Below, piece by piece: positions 23,896 to 37,942 of a stretch of DNA of 64,000 nucleotides. The first letter of the stretch is position 1; the number at the start of each line of letters is the position of its first letter. Source of the DNA: Vitrella brassicaformis CCMP3155 (Eukaryota; Protista; Chromerida); the NCBI GenBank assembly GCA_001179505.1, contig CDMY01000394.1:1-64000 (forward strand). Direction: 5' to 3'. Position numbers and translations under genes: made by a program. Below the pieces are notes generated by a model. The model had not been told where the DNA came from. It saw nothing but the letters and a program-made list of their open reading frames with translations, and did not search any database.

Positions 23896-25954
23896 ATGTC
23901 TGTGGAGAGGTGCCTTTTCCTCTCTCGGCTGCCGCCATCCGAGAGCCCAGTTGCGGCAGTCAGCCCTCGTGGCGCCCTCAACGGCCAGGCGAGAGGCACC
24001 AAAAGGGCGGCAGACGGGGAGGGTGGCTGCCGGTCCGAGGACTTCTGTGTCCATGGGATGCTTGAGGTGGGTGGGTGAATTCACAGATCTTCGCGAATAT
24101 TGAGGGATCTGACGTGTGTTCTCTTCTGTCTGTCTGTGGTGTCTGTCAGGGTCGTGAGCTGGAGGTGTGTCTGCACCTTCGTGCTGCAGATGGGATGCGT
24201 GGAGGCGGCGTCCGGTGTGTGGGAGTGTATGGCGATGAGCGGCTGGCCGACATCCTCAAAGACCGTGAAGAGGATCTCGAACAGGTAGGCCGGGCCACGT
24301 CCATTCAGCCAGAGGCAGAAAAAGAAGAAGGTCATCTGTTGCGCTGTTGGTCGGTGTCACCTGTCAGCGTCTGCGGGGCCGCGATGGTCTTGACAACATC
24401 CTGCACGAGCTGGAGTCCACACTGGACAGGATCTCCCCGCCCAACCCTCCGGCGTCCGTACGCTGAAACTGCAACATTACATCGCCAATCTCATGGATGG
24501 ATAGTGTCCATTCTGCATCTGTCTGTGCAGGCCGGAGCGGTCTCCTGTGCTGCTGATGAGCCGCATTCTCAGCGATTTGGAGTCCCTCGGGCAGCACCGA
24601 CTGGTCAGCGTCACGCCAGGATGGGACAAGCTACAGGTAGGGTGCGCCTTCATTCCATCCATTCGTTAACCCTTTTGCATTCATTTCATCTGTGTGGTGT
24701 CTTGCCTGAAGGTGTTGGTAGAGGACAGCAGTGGCCGCTCCCATGAACTGCGTGTCCAGTATTCGCCGCAGTTCATCCAGGCCATCGAGGAGGAGCAGCA
24801 GCCATCTGCTGGTGGAGTGTCGCGGACGTGGACCCGTGCCATCGCTGCTGAGATCAGCGGCGACCTGCCGATACTCCCCAACCCCATCACCGTCACAGCA
24901 AAACCGTACGCACGCAGAGAATGCAAAAGGGGTGTGCCTGACATGTATCGGGTGTGTGTGTGTGTGTGTGTGTGTGTGCGCAGTGACGTGTGTGTCCACC
25001 CCCTGGCGTGTGTGTACCGACATGCTGTGGGGTTCGTCGATGGCCTCAGCGGTTGGTTTGACGTCTGCGACGACATACACAGACACGCGCGGGTGATCGA
25101 GCCAAAAAAGGTCCGACAGACAAGAAAACGACGATGGGAAGTACACACAACACACACCAACCACCCGTGCTGCCTCCTGTGTGTGTGGCGTGTGTGGTCA
25201 CCTCACATATCACATCAGGCCTCATATGCGCCCCTCAGGCGGCGACTGGGTGAGTGAGCAAACAAGTGGAAGAGAAACAACCACACGAAGCCGCAATCTA
25301 CAGTAGGTATCCGTGTGTGTCCATCCATCAGGTTTGACCTCGGAAGTGTCGCTAATGCTCACCCTCGACCCGCGCAACCCAAAGTACATAACCCGGCCAG
25401 CCAAACCACACAGCCACGAGCAGCACCTACATTTGCCTCTTTCTTTCGTCCTTTCCAGGTCGGTGAATGGACAGCACGTGGGGTTCATGGGTTCCGAAGC
25501 TGCAAGGAAGCCCTTCGAAAGGGCGTATGAGAGTGCGCACCGCGACAGATGGGACCCCCAGATCGGCCCGAGACGCAACCTGGAGGCCATCCTGCAGCAT
25601 CACTTCATGCCACCCGACACACACACGGTCAGCCGAGCCAACAACACAACCAACACAACACACCGTTTCACACACCTTCACGGCGTTTCCTTTCTTGCTT
25701 ATTGACTGCAGGGTGAGCAGGGGATGGATGTATCCGATGGGCCAAAGGAGGTGACATGCGGCATCTGCTACGGCAGCCAGCTGGAGGGCGAGGCCCAACC
25801 GTCGGCCGTGTGCCGGTCGTGTGGGGGTGCGTTCCACCACAAGTGTCTGGAGGAGTGGCTCAACAGTTTCGTCAATGTGGACGCGATTGACGGCCGTTTG
25901 GAGGGGCCGTGCCCTGTGTGCGAGCAGCCAGTGACGTGTCTCGCCAGATCGTAG
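23896..25954 (+). CDS. FANCL: E3 ubiquitin ligase FANCL
   Basis: C-terminal FANCL-type RING CGICY...PSAVCRSCGGAFHHKCLEEWLNS...LEGPCPVCEQPVT. Upstream segments LMLTLDPRNPK, FMGSEAA, WDPQIGPRRNLEAILQHHF and CLKVLVEDSSGRSHEL resemble the DRWD/ELF regions. Confidence 0.85.
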
Positions 25955-26394
25955 ACAGACCGAGGGGACCGACCGATGGACGGCTCCCATGTCTTTTGGT
26001 TGCATCGATGGCATGGGATCTCAATCAAAGATTAGGTGCGTCTCTCAAGAGTCTCAATGTCATCTCATGCAGCCAGTCACCATTCGTGCAGTGCATCCGT
26101 CAAAGCATTCATCAGACAAACAACAAACAGCATGTCCGATTCACGTAGATGGTGTATGCTGCGGGTCCAATGATGAAACTGCCCAACGAATATATAAAAT
26201 GTAGGCGGCGATCTGAGCAGAGAGGACGACCAATGAAATGATGTCAAATCGGTAGGCTGAGACATCCTCGTTTTGCACTTGTTGTGTGCTTCGATGGTTG
26301 TCCAGCATGCTGTTTCCTTGCCGCAGCTGGTATATGGTGGCCGCCTGGCTGTGGCAAATGCTCGATTTCTCGTATGCAGCGCACCACGAGCAAT

Positions 26395-29165
26395 CTATGT
26401 GTATCCCATCAGCTCCTCTACCATAAGTGTCGTGTCCGACAGCTTGAGGCGGCCCAGCCCCATCCTTAGCCTGTACGTACGGCAGGTCTCGATGGCATGT
26501 TCCAGCAGGTCGTCGCCCGGTTGGAGCGGGTGTGCTGCCAGCAGGCTGATCGAGGAATGAATTCATCACATGCAGATGCCTGGTGCATGGTTGGTGGGTG
26601 TGATTGGTGTGCTGCGTGGTTTACTTGGCGAGGATGTGCTGCAGCTCCTGGTCGGTGAAGTCGTATGGCACCGTGATGACGATGGCGGCCGTCCGCAGCC
26701 CGAAGAGAGCGCACGAGGCCCATGCAGTGCTGCGGGTGGCTGTACAGGTAGGCCTCGGACTGCACCAGAAAACACGTCTGGCGCCTGCATTCACATCGCA
26801 CACCACACACACATACACATTCGTGTCGTGTCTCGTGAGCTCACGGGTGGCAGGCGGCACCGATCCAGGGAGAAAGTCGTCCACCTTCTTGCCGTCAGCC
26901 ACTGGGACTTTCGACAAGTACGTGTTGTAATGGCGTTCGCATGTGTACCAACGACCCTGCTCGGCCATGACGATACACCTGTGCCTGATGAAAACCAACA
27001 CAACACAACGAATGAAAATGAGTGCACGAGCACATGAGGGCATGAACCTGGGCGACATATTCGGCGTCGGCAGTGCTGTGGTTGATCAGTGCGTGACTGA
27101 TCTGGCTGCGCGCTGGTGTGACGGCGCTTGAGATGCCCATGCCCATGCCCTTGGCCACACCGACCATATCACAAACAAGTATGGGAGCCTTAGCTATTCG
27201 CCCGCCCATGGCCGCCTTATGGGAACGGATGCGACAGGCGACTCCACAGAACCAACTAAACACACACACGACCCACACAACACACAACACCTCACACAGC
27301 GGCCAGCCACCCAACCGATACTAAAGCTACACATGGGTGGGTGGGTCGTCGGTGTATCTGCCCCGCTGTCTGTCTGTCATGTGGGTGTGCTGGGCGCCTC
27401 CCCAGGATGCAGGTGCACCTGCACACGAACGAGTGCAAATGAACCAACAAAACACAACACACCACATCCATCGAACGAGTAGCTGCTCCCTGCCCACAGA
27501 CACGTACCTGGTTCTGTATGGCCTTGAGCCGCTCGATGGCCGCCCGCCGGCCGTCCTCCTCGGCCACCAACACCGGACTTTCCATCAGACTACCCAAATA
27601 CCCTACTAGCTGCAGCCACACACACACACACACACATTAACATGGACCATCTGCCACCCCTATCTTTCGTCTTTTGCGGCGCACCTGCGTCTTGTTGGCA
27701 TATTTGTAGAGGTTGAAGAAGCCCACCGGCTCCTCGGGCTCGTCCTCCGAAATGGTCGAGTCGGCCAGGTAGTCGCCCAGCAGCCGCAGCCACACCTCGT
27801 GCGCCTGCCGGGCGGCGTACTGGCAGCGGGCGCGCATCTCGCTGGGTCGCATGGCGTTGTGGTGTGAGCGGTGGTGGTGGGCATGGTTGTGTGGCGGTGT
27901 GTCGATGTCCATGTGGTGGAGGTCGTCGGGCAGAGGGAGCAGGTTGAGGCGGTCGAGCAGCGTGGGCATGATGTAGGTCAGCCAGAAGGAGAAGCGCTCC
28001 TGCACCTTGCCCACCTCGGCAAACACCGCTCTGCAAACCCAGAGAGAGAGGGAGATACGGAGGACGGTATGACCATCCTGTGTGTCTGTCTGTGCGTCTG
28101 TGCGTACTTACTTGTCTTGCCGGAACTGTTCCGTAAGGACGAACTGGGTGGTGAGCACCGTGTAGACCAACTGAGCACACACACGACATACAACACACAA
28201 CATCTGACACAACCATCCACCACATCCACTTCACCGCTTCTTACCTCGTTGATGTCGTCCCCCTGGTGCTTATTGCCGTCACGCAGGATCTCAACCCACT
28301 TGTCCAGCTACACTCACCAACATGCGACACACCACAACACAGTACATCTAGATAAGGAAGATACACACAGCTGGCCATACCTTGTCTAAGATGGTGTTGA
28401 CATAGTGTCGAACGGGGCGGACACGGAGTGGGTTGTCTGCCGTCCTGTTGTTGAACCTGACCTCCTCCTCGACAGTGATGCTGTCGTTCAAAGATCTGTA
28501 GACACACGCGCAAAAAAGACACACGGCCTTACAAACAGTCAGTCTTCTTACTCGACGACTTCGATGCCAGGCTCTCCCTCGACAAATGTAAGGGCGGGCG
28601 ACCGACACACGGATAGCCAGAGGCACACGAACCACGAAATCGATGTCGGTGTCCCGCCTCCCTCTCATGGCCACCCTTTGAGAACACCGACGAGGACGCA
28701 GATGAAAACGAAGGCGAAGAACATACAAACGAAGGCGTGACTAACTGCAAAAGGGAGAGGGAAAACAAGGAAAAGGCAACACACAGAAAACAGCAAGAAA
28801 ACAGTGCACATGACAGCCCAGCCCACTACTTGGGCTACATACTTGAAGCCGGCCGGTGATGCGAACTTGTCCATTGGGGATGTTTAGGTACTGTATTGTG
28901 AAGACGAGGTAGTATTCGAACAGGATGGTGATGTGGCTGTTTGTGTAGTGGTTCCGGGCCTAAAAATTCAAGCAATACCCGTATATCTCCCGGTGGTCTA
29001 TCAATGGGATGATGTGCTGATGCGCGGGCGGCATCACAAAAAACCAGTTGGCAGTGGCATCACGTCCGACATGCGGATGCCATCGCGAGGCGGCATGGCG
29101 GTGGCGCTGGCGCTGGCAGCCGAGAGGACGAGGGCGACAAGGGATGCGAGGCGGATGGCGGTCAT
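26395..29165 (-). CDS. Hypothetical multi-exon protein with probable N-terminal signal peptide; 5' exon structure uncertain
   Basis: In-phase exons: SLNDSITVEEEVRF...ILDK|LDKWVEILRDG...|LVYTVLTTQF...|AVFAEVGKVQERFSFWLTYIMPTLLDRL...|...|DDLLEHAIETCRTYRLRMGLGRLKLSDTTLMVEELMGYT*. The ATG at 29165 starts MTAIRLASLVALVLSAASASATA. No family recognised. Confidence 0.55.
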
Positions 29166-29375
29166 GTAAAACAAGGCAACAAATTCGCCAAAGGACGAAA
29201 AAGGAGAGAGGAAAAAAGAAAAAAGGGAAGGAGGGGGCGTCTCAGATTCTCGCGTCTCGAATTCTCGACGGCAGCCAACCGGGAAGTCCACAACAACAGG
29301 ATCCCTCCGGGGTTACAGACACGAGTCTCGTTAAACACACTAACCAACCAACCACGAGAGTCGACGGGTGATATC

Positions 29376-31719
29376 ATGCTGCAAGACCAGTTCGGCTATA
29401 CGCTGGACACGTCGAACGAAGCAGCAGCAAGTGCCTATCGCAATTACATCGACTGCGTCCTCACCTACGGCACAGAGTGGCATGCGGGCGAGGAGGCTCA
29501 CTCGAAAGATCCCGGCAGCTGGTTCGCCCGCATCGCAGAGGCCGACGGCACCATCTGCTCGTATGACATACCTGCGGCGGCATCTCTCATTGCAGCCATG
29601 ACCAGGGACAGCCAGGGAGTGTCGGACATTGATCCGCGGGCGCAGCTGTATATGAAGGCGATGGATGCGTGGATCTGCCAGGGCGACCCCGACAAGGCCG
29701 CACAGACGTACCAGGTGAGATGAGACCGTTCAAAGATGATCTGTCTGTTTTGTACGTGTTTCCATTTTGTGTGTCAGGAAGTGCTCCGACACTACCCAAA
29801 GGACCTGTTCGCTCTCAAGCGGTCTCAGCTGCTCTATTTCGCCGCAGGCAGTGTGCCCGAGATGCTCTCCGTCTGCCAGCTTGACCAGGTGGCGAGCAGC
29901 CATGAGTCGAGCCCCTACTACCACGCCATGCTCAGCTTCGGCCTCGAGCAGAACGGGCAAGCAGATGCCGCACACGAGGCCGCAAAGAGGGGTGTGGTGC
30001 TGAAGCAGGATGACGCATGGGCGCACCACGGCCTGGCGCACGCCGACTACAACGCGGGCAGGCTGGCGGAGGGCGCGCGCACTTTGCTCTCGTATGCGCA
30101 TTACTGGGACGATCGGCCGCTGTGCTCGTTCCTGTACACCCACAACTGGTGGCACGTGGCGCTGTTCCATCTCGACATGAACCGGTATGGGGACGCGTGG
30201 CGGCTGTACAAGGAGCGGGTGTGGGAGGGGCGCGGCAAGTGCGACCCCACCAACATACAGGACCAGATGGGAGCGCTGGGACTGCTCGTCAAACTCTACA
30301 TTCGGCTGGTGAGGGAGGGGGAGGGGTGCAACATTACCGTGGTTGGAATTTGTGCGTTGTGCTGTCAGGTGTTCATCGAGCATTACAGACAGGAATGGCT
30401 CGGTGGCGGTGCTCGGAGTGTGTCTGAGCCTTCGGTGGAGGACATCAAAGCCGCCATGAAGGTACCTACCGTACCTACACGACGCAACGCCCATATGTCT
30501 TGAGACTGCTATCTATCTGGATCGGCCGACTTGTCTATCCGGGCGGGCATGCAGGTTGTGTTGGGTCGCGCGTCGGCGACCAATCTCCAGTCGCACTACG
30601 AGCCGCTCTTCGACGTCCTTTCTGTGGCCGCATTCACCATCACTGGTCAGTGAGTCAGAACGGCAGAGCACACAGGCACTCATTATGAGATCAGATCCAC
30701 GCACGATGTCTGTGTGCCTCTCTCTGTTAACTAACGTAGGTAACGATGAGACTGCAACCAAGATGATCTCTGAGGTTGAGTCGATTGCCAAGGGCATGCC
30801 AGCCAAGAGGAAGACAGCCGGTCGGCCAGAAAGACAGCATATATATGTTGATCCATGAGAGAGAGGATGTGCTGTGTGTTTCTGTGTAGGTGATGCATGG
30901 CTGGGGGCAATGAGGGGCAGCCGCGCGTGGGCGCAACAAGACTTCATTGCAACGGTGAGTGCGCCCAGCAGCCATTCGTCCATCCATCCATCTGTGCATG
31001 ATGCACGACTGGAAGGGGTGTGTGTGTGTGTGTGCAGGTGAGTGAGCTGGCTGCCGTCCTTGATGACCTCAAGTACCTGTTCGCATCATACGAGCAATGT
31101 GGTAGGCACGCCACACAGTCAGTCGCACAGACAGGCAGACCAATAGATAGCCCTTGCTTGATGTGCATCCAACGGTGGGTGTCTGCTGGCTGCATGCTGT
31201 CTATCCGTCGGTCGGTCGGGCAGATGTTATAAGGGAGATGTTTCTGCACGCCGGTGTGCTGGCGCTGGCCGAGGGGGCATCGCCGCCCTCACCCGACATG
31301 GCGAAAGTGTCCTCACTCATCGACAGCCGAATGAACGAGCCGCGTGCAGCACACGTGCCGGTGGGTGCGGTATATGCGTCAAATCCACCACCACACCCAC
31401 CCACAACCTCCCACAACCCCCTCCCCAATGATTGATTGTGTGTGTGTGTGTGTGTGTTGCAGTGCTACGCGATACTGAAAGCGCTGTATCTTCACGCAGC
31501 CAAGGGGTGAGAACGAACAAGATAATCCACCCCGACAGACAGAGACGCAGACGAGTCGCCTGCACACACATCACATACATGTGTGTATGTTTGTGTCTGT
31601 TCTGTCACGGATTGATGCTGTGCTGCAGAGATGGAGACGGAGCCACGGCAAAGGCCGAGCTGGTCAGGCAGGCTGGTCAAGTGGAGACCAAATACGCCAG
31701 CGAACAGATCGACGTATGA
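29376..31719 (+). CDS. TTC38: Tetratricopeptide repeat protein 38
   Basis: YPKDLFALKRSQLLYF, YYHAMLSFGLEQNG...DAWAHHGLAHA and FLYTHNWWHVALFHL are characteristic TTC38 segments. Multi-exon, ending EQIDV*. Confidence 0.88.
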
Positions 31720-33755
31720 GAGATACGGTGCACATGCGTGCACAGATGGACACTTCCATGCTGCAGCCAGGCAGGCAGCCATCGTGTCTGTCGCGTCCCA
31801 TCAGTGCCTCTTTTGCCTAGCTTCCTGCCTGCCTGCCTGCCTGCCTGCCCGTACCTATGTTTTTATATATCGGCCCTTTTGGTCAAGAGGGGTGGGTGTT
31901 TCTCTGTCGCCGTCCTTTGGCAGTGGGTCGGTCCTTCAGTGTCGTGTGTGCTGTTGTTTGGCAATCGCACGAGAGAGAGGGATGAGGTGATTTTGAATGC
32001 CCTTGAGTACGCGCACCACATGCAGGCATCGTTAGGCAACCGCCCAAAACGGAACACCGGTCCACGACGCTGCACAACAACATGGTTGACCATGGCATGA
32101 GTGGTCATTTCTCCATCACATTCGCCGCGTAGGTACATGGCTGTCTGTCTGTCTGTCTGTCATGACCCCGTCCACCCATCTTAATGCATCTCCTCGACAC
32201 GCACAAGCATTGCAAACAAAACGAATCACGTGGGAGACATGTAGCCGGCCAGGAAGATCTAAGATGTAGGGTTGGGCACACGAGCGAGCCTATCGACACC
32301 CTGACTGCACAACCACCGCCCCTCAATGCTGGCCGTGCCCTCGCTGGCAAATGGGCGGTGCACCCACCCCACCCGCACACGCATATATCCCCCGAGTGAG
32401 TGAGGCAAGAAAGAGTGACCGCACAGTCTGTCTATCAGACACGTTGCCGCCACCTTTTCCCTCTCACTCAGCGAGACACAGACGGAGTGCAGGCGAGATC
32501 GATGCGGCACACCATTCATTCGCCAATCAGTACATGTTGTAGGTTCCTGCCAGCAGAGAGGGGCCGTGTATCCACACACACACACAACGGATGGACACCT
32601 CCGTCCATCCAGCACACATGACATGCACACACGCGGATCAATGAACAGTACTCGCTTCGCTTGCGGGAGCTTTCCCCGTTCATTGCTCAACGCGCACAGG
32701 CATGGCATGCACTCCATTGGATTGCATCTCGTTTAACGCATCATCAGTCACTAGGCTAGACAAGACAGCACCGCACCCATCCAGGCAGCCATGAGAAAAA
32801 GCATGCAGCCGGAGAGAGAGAGAGCTCAGACATGACGCAGGGAGGCAGGCAGGCAGGCAGACAGAGAGAGAGGTCATGCACAGGGCTCACTCAGTGGCTC
32901 GCCCGTTATGTGCATTCGCCAGACAGGGATGATCGCAGTTGTTATAACACTTCATACAGACAGACAAGAGAGGGATTAGACCATCAACACCCACCCACCC
33001 ACACCCACACCTGTTCACCCATCCATCCATCCATCCATCCACACAACACATACATACACACATACATACATGCAGTGGCGGCTGGCGGAGAACAAACAGT
33101 GCACACACATGACACACACCACACACAGATGACATGAATGACATCACACGCACACCACACCCATCCCATATGCCCATCAATCCGGCCATTGTCGTTTGCG
33201 CACTAAACTAGCTTGCCAGGCTAGCTTTACAAGTCAGTCAGTCAGTGAGAGTGAGTGAGTGAGATCAACCTCAGCTATAGATACAAGGCAGGCGGGCAGC
33301 CTGAACCGACAGGCAAGCCGGACAGCCACGCCACGCCACGCCACGCCACGCCACAACACAACACACCGCACCAAACAGCGGCAGACAGACAGGTCGGGGG
33401 GAACGGGAGAGAGAGAGAGAGTATGCACCAATCTGACCAACCAACCAAGACGCCCATGGGGTGCCCTACGCACTTGAGCTAATTGCCAGGCAGGAGTGAG
33501 TATGTATGTTGTGTAAGTATGTACGCATGTGATTGTATGTATGTGTGTATGTGTGAATGTATGTGTGCCTCCCTGCCTGCCTGCCTTCAGCAAATACCTC
33601 ACTCACCACGGTATGTATGCCATAGTGCCGGTCGGTGTGTATGAAGACACGGTAGGTAGCAGCTCCGCCCGCCTTACACACGCATCGCACGCAGCGCAGC
33701 ACACTCACGTCATTGTGTCGCACATCAGCTGGGTGGGCTGGGGGGGAGGGAGGGA

Positions 33756-34055
33756 NNNNNNNNNNNNNNNNNNNNNNNNNNNNNNNNNNNNNNNNNNNNN
33801 NNNNNNNNNNNNNNNNNNNNNNNNNNNNNNNNNNNNNNNNNNNNNNNNNNNNNNNNNNNNNNNNNNNNNNNNNNNNNNNNNNNNNNNNNNNNNNNNNNNN
33901 NNNNNNNNNNNNNNNNNNNNNNNNNNNNNNNNNNNNNNNNNNNNNNNNNNNNNNNNNNNNNNNNNNNNNNNNNNNNNNNNNNNNNNNNNNNNNNNNNNNN
34001 NNNNNNNNNNNNNNNNNNNNNNNNNNNNNNNNNNNNNNNNNNNNNNNNNNNNNNN
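33756..34055. other. Assembly gap (300 N)
   Basis: Run of exactly 300 N. Confidence 1.
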
Positions 34056-35176
34056 GGGAGGGAGGGGGGGAGCATCAGTCAACGGGACAGACAGCACAGA
34101 TATAGACCTAGAGAACGAACATCGCTCTCTTTGCTCGCGATCTGTCTCTGTGCGTGTGGTTTGGCCTTCTTGAACCGTCTTTGCTGCGACAGCGATACAC
34201 GGCCGATGCAAGAAAGCCGGAGACACCACACACACCAGCGCAAGCGACAGACTCACTGCACGGGAAAAGAGACTTCTCATTAGGTCAACTTGTCCTCTCT
34301 GCCATGCCAAGCCGTCTCGGGGCCTGCCTTCACCCGTCTTGATGAAGGCAGGCCAGGAAACGGCTGGGCACGATAGAGCAAACAAGGACGCATTTGCGGC
34401 CGTGGCCCGCAAAATGGACAGACGCACACGGTGGTCGTGTCTGTACGTGACTACGTATGAGTGCGATATATGTGTGTGTCAGGCAGGCAGGCAGGCAGGC
34501 AGGCCGGCAAGGAGAGAGAAGGAGAGAGGGAGACAATGTGTGCAAAAAGATGCAGCTGAGCTGCCGGGCAGACGACAGACGGACGGACAGGGAATGAAAG
34601 TCACTCGCTCTGCGGGACACACAGGTCGGTGGGCGGGTGCGGTGCATGCCTTGCGCCAATCTCGCATTGCATCAGCAAGCAAGGCGGCTCGCAAGGATGC
34701 ACACCAGCACACCACACCATCGCACCCACCGTGCAGGCGTGTCTGTCTGAGTGGGGTATCTATCAACAGGGTGCTATACTACACGGTCAACACAACACAC
34801 GAGATGAAGGAGGACAGGACAGAGACACGACTTGAGAAGGCTGGCTTGGCTGCTTCTTATCTCGTGGACACAAGAAGCCAGTGTTTAATTCCTAGGCCCA
34901 GTCCCCCATCCCCCACCCCCACCAGCGTCAAGACAAGACAATACAATCATCCCCTCCCCCCCACTGAGCACTAGCAGGTCACATCACATACACACCAGCA
35001 TGACATGCACACAAGCCAGCCGCCACGCACCACCACCACACCACAACCCAACAATGCAGGCCACGTCATTCAGTCACACAACGCACACGGCAACACAAGC
35101 AAGAGTTAGGGGAATGTTGGTCGGGGTAAAAATGACAGCGTCTCTGTCGCCATGTCGAGTTAGTCACCATGCGAAT

Positions 35177-37243
35177 CTACTGGGTGCCGCCGCCGCTGCT
35201 GCCAGTGCTGGAGGGGGTGCTGGGCATGTAGGTGTACCACCTGGCACGCTCCTCGGCCGACACGACCCGCATACCGCCCACCCAGCCACCGCTGATGCCG
35301 TTGCGAGTCGGCTCGTCCGCACCTGGACGCAGCTCAATCGTATACCTGACCATCACACCCACACCACATTTGCCACAGCCACACGTGTGTATGTGCCTTC
35401 GTGTGTACCATCTGGAGTTGGCAGGGAAGTGCTTGAAAGCGACGGTGACGACAGTGGTGGTGTTGGTCTTGACGGAGAGGACCTCGCCGAACCACCAGCC
35501 GAAGGGGCTGTCGCGACGCATCTTCCACTGGATCTCAACAGGGGTGCCCTTCTGCACGCACACACACATCAACATGGCCAACACACCACACCACATGCAG
35601 TCAGTGACCACCACTAGTCCATAGTGTCAAGGGCAGTGTGTTGACCTTGAGGTTGCGGAGCGTGTCTGCGATGCCTGGTGGCCTGAAGTAATCGTGCGGG
35701 GTTGGCCGGTGCCGCCGCACCTCGGGAGAAACCAACCGCTGAAAACAGATAGATCGACACATACACCACCAACACGCACATACATAAGATACATCCTCCG
35801 TGTGTGTGGATGGGTGGCACGAACCAGTCGTGACTCGTCGACGAACTCTGCGACGTTGTCGACCGACACGTACGACACTCTGTACTTGCGGCAGGGGGCC
35901 GACCACCGCACGCTGGCCGGCATGCATGACATGGCAAAACCAGGCTTCCGCTCACTGCAGTGCACCACATCAACACATCAACACATTCATAGACAGAGAG
36001 AAGCGGATGGATGGATGGATGTACTCCTGTGTCGGAGGTAGGTAGGCTCTTCTCTTCTCTCGTGCTTCACTCACTCACCGTTCAAAGACCTCGACGTCAA
36101 ATGAGATATTGCCCTTGACCATCTCGCGAGTGCGGCGCTTCCACGTCGGGCAAGCGCACGACCTGCACCGCACCAGCCACCGAACAACACAACACACCAC
36201 ACCACACCACACACTGCACTCACGCCCACAGTCTGTCTCTTGTTCCTCCCTTATTCCCTGCTTACACGTGCCCTTCTGCCCGCCCCTGCTCCGCTGACAC
36301 GGCCGCTGGCTGGTGTGCCCTCTCCCTCTCCCTCTCCCGTGTGAGCAGCAGTGGATCGTTGGCCATCTTGTCCTCCACCTCACCATCCACACCCTCGCTG
36401 CTGTGCCTGACCTTCGTCGCGGCACACTGCTTGAGGGCAGGTGACGGTGACCCGCTGATGGGGGAGATGGCGTGTGAGGGATCCGTCGGCTGCTGGGTGG
36501 CGGGGGTGGGCGAGGGGTTGGGGCTGGTGGTGGATGGGGAGGAGGTGTCGGTGACGAGGCCCTGCTCGAAGGCCGAGTAAGCCAGCGGCCACATCCGCTG
36601 GAAACTCTGCGTGAGGACGAAAACGCCCACAATAAATAAAGAGACTCTCGCGTGTGGGCGGGCCCACCGACCCACCCAGTACCCAATGTGTTGTCGCACC
36701 TGTTGCCAGTAGAAGTCCTGGCTGTTGATTTCGTTCCACAGGGTGCGACAGGTGAGCGAGAGGGCGTTGAAGGGAATGCCCTTCTCGCCCGCCACACCCC
36801 CCATCCACTCGCTTATGTCGCGCACAATCGGCAGACTGCGCTGCACCGCCCACACCAGGACGCAGGGCGGCTCCCGGCCATACGAGTTCGCACACCCGCC
36901 GTAACGCTCCAGCAACGAAGGCAGAGATGCGTGGCTCTGATGCAGGCAGGATGAACACAGAAAGAACACGAGACAGTCATGATCGTCTTTGTGTGTGTGT
37001 TGAGGCGCTCACTCACGCACTCACCCCTTCTATAGCACAGTCGACGGGCGTGTATCCTCGCTGGTTGCGCCTGTTGACGTAGGCGAGATCATGGCCCTGA
37101 CGGCTGAGCAACGCCGCGGCCGCCTCAGTGCGGCCATACGACGCCGCAATGTGCAGAGGTCCGTTGCCCTCGCTGTCAGTCGCATGAATCTCGGTATTGG
37201 TGTCAATCTGATTGACGCCCAAGCACACCACACACACACACAC

Positions 37244-37282
<39 letters not shown>

Positions 37283-37808
37283 ATGAAGGCACGTGCAGGT
37301 ATCCAGCCCACGCACTGTCTGTGTTTGCTGACCAGGCAGGTGTAGAGGAGGTGGTTGCCCTCCCTGAGTGCGTCGTGCAGCGTGAGCTGATGCTCGGGGC
37401 CTTCGCTGAACCTGAGCGACAGGCGGCTGAAGGTGGCGCAGAGGGCCTGCTCCAGGCTGACCCGCTCGCCGCCCTCCTCACTGCTGCTCGTGCCGCTATC
37501 CCTGGTGGTGGTCGACTGGTCGCCGAATACCACTGTCACGCCCTCGCTGCCCTCCAGGACACTCTCGACGGAGTGGCTGGGAAAGAAGAGCACACTCAGC
37601 AGCTGCGCCAACACCTCTTTGGCTGCAAAAGACACACAGCACAAACGCACACAACACCGACACAAAGATATGTGGCAGATCCGCGATAGAGACCCCCGTG
37701 TTTGTGCTTGCCAGTGGTGGGCGAGTGCCTGGGCAGTGCGCCTGACAGGTGCAGGCTACGGCCACTGCTGAGGCCCGGCTCGGCTGAGCTGTGGCAAGCC
37801 AGAGCCAT
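35177..37808 (-). CDS. Ankyrin-repeat + F-box-like protein with an At2g32560/At2g26850-type C-terminal domain
   Basis: Ankyrin GNGPLHIAASYGRTEAAAALL...NQRGYTPVDCA; F-box-like ALSLTCRTLWNEINSQDFYW; C-terminal FER..PGFAMSC, GTPVEIQWK...PFGWWFGEV, TVAFKHFPANSRW and GGWVGGMRVVSAEERARW, recalling plant F-box proteins of that family. Start approximate. Confidence 0.72.
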
Positions 37809-37942
37809 CCTCGGCTGCGGCAGAGTACAGATCAGCCCTCTGTCTTCAAGATCCGGTATGCAATTGGACGAGTAAACACGCACAACACACAGAAAGGTGC
37901 AATTGGGGAAAGCTGCGCCACGCAGTCTAAGCTCGCAAGAGG

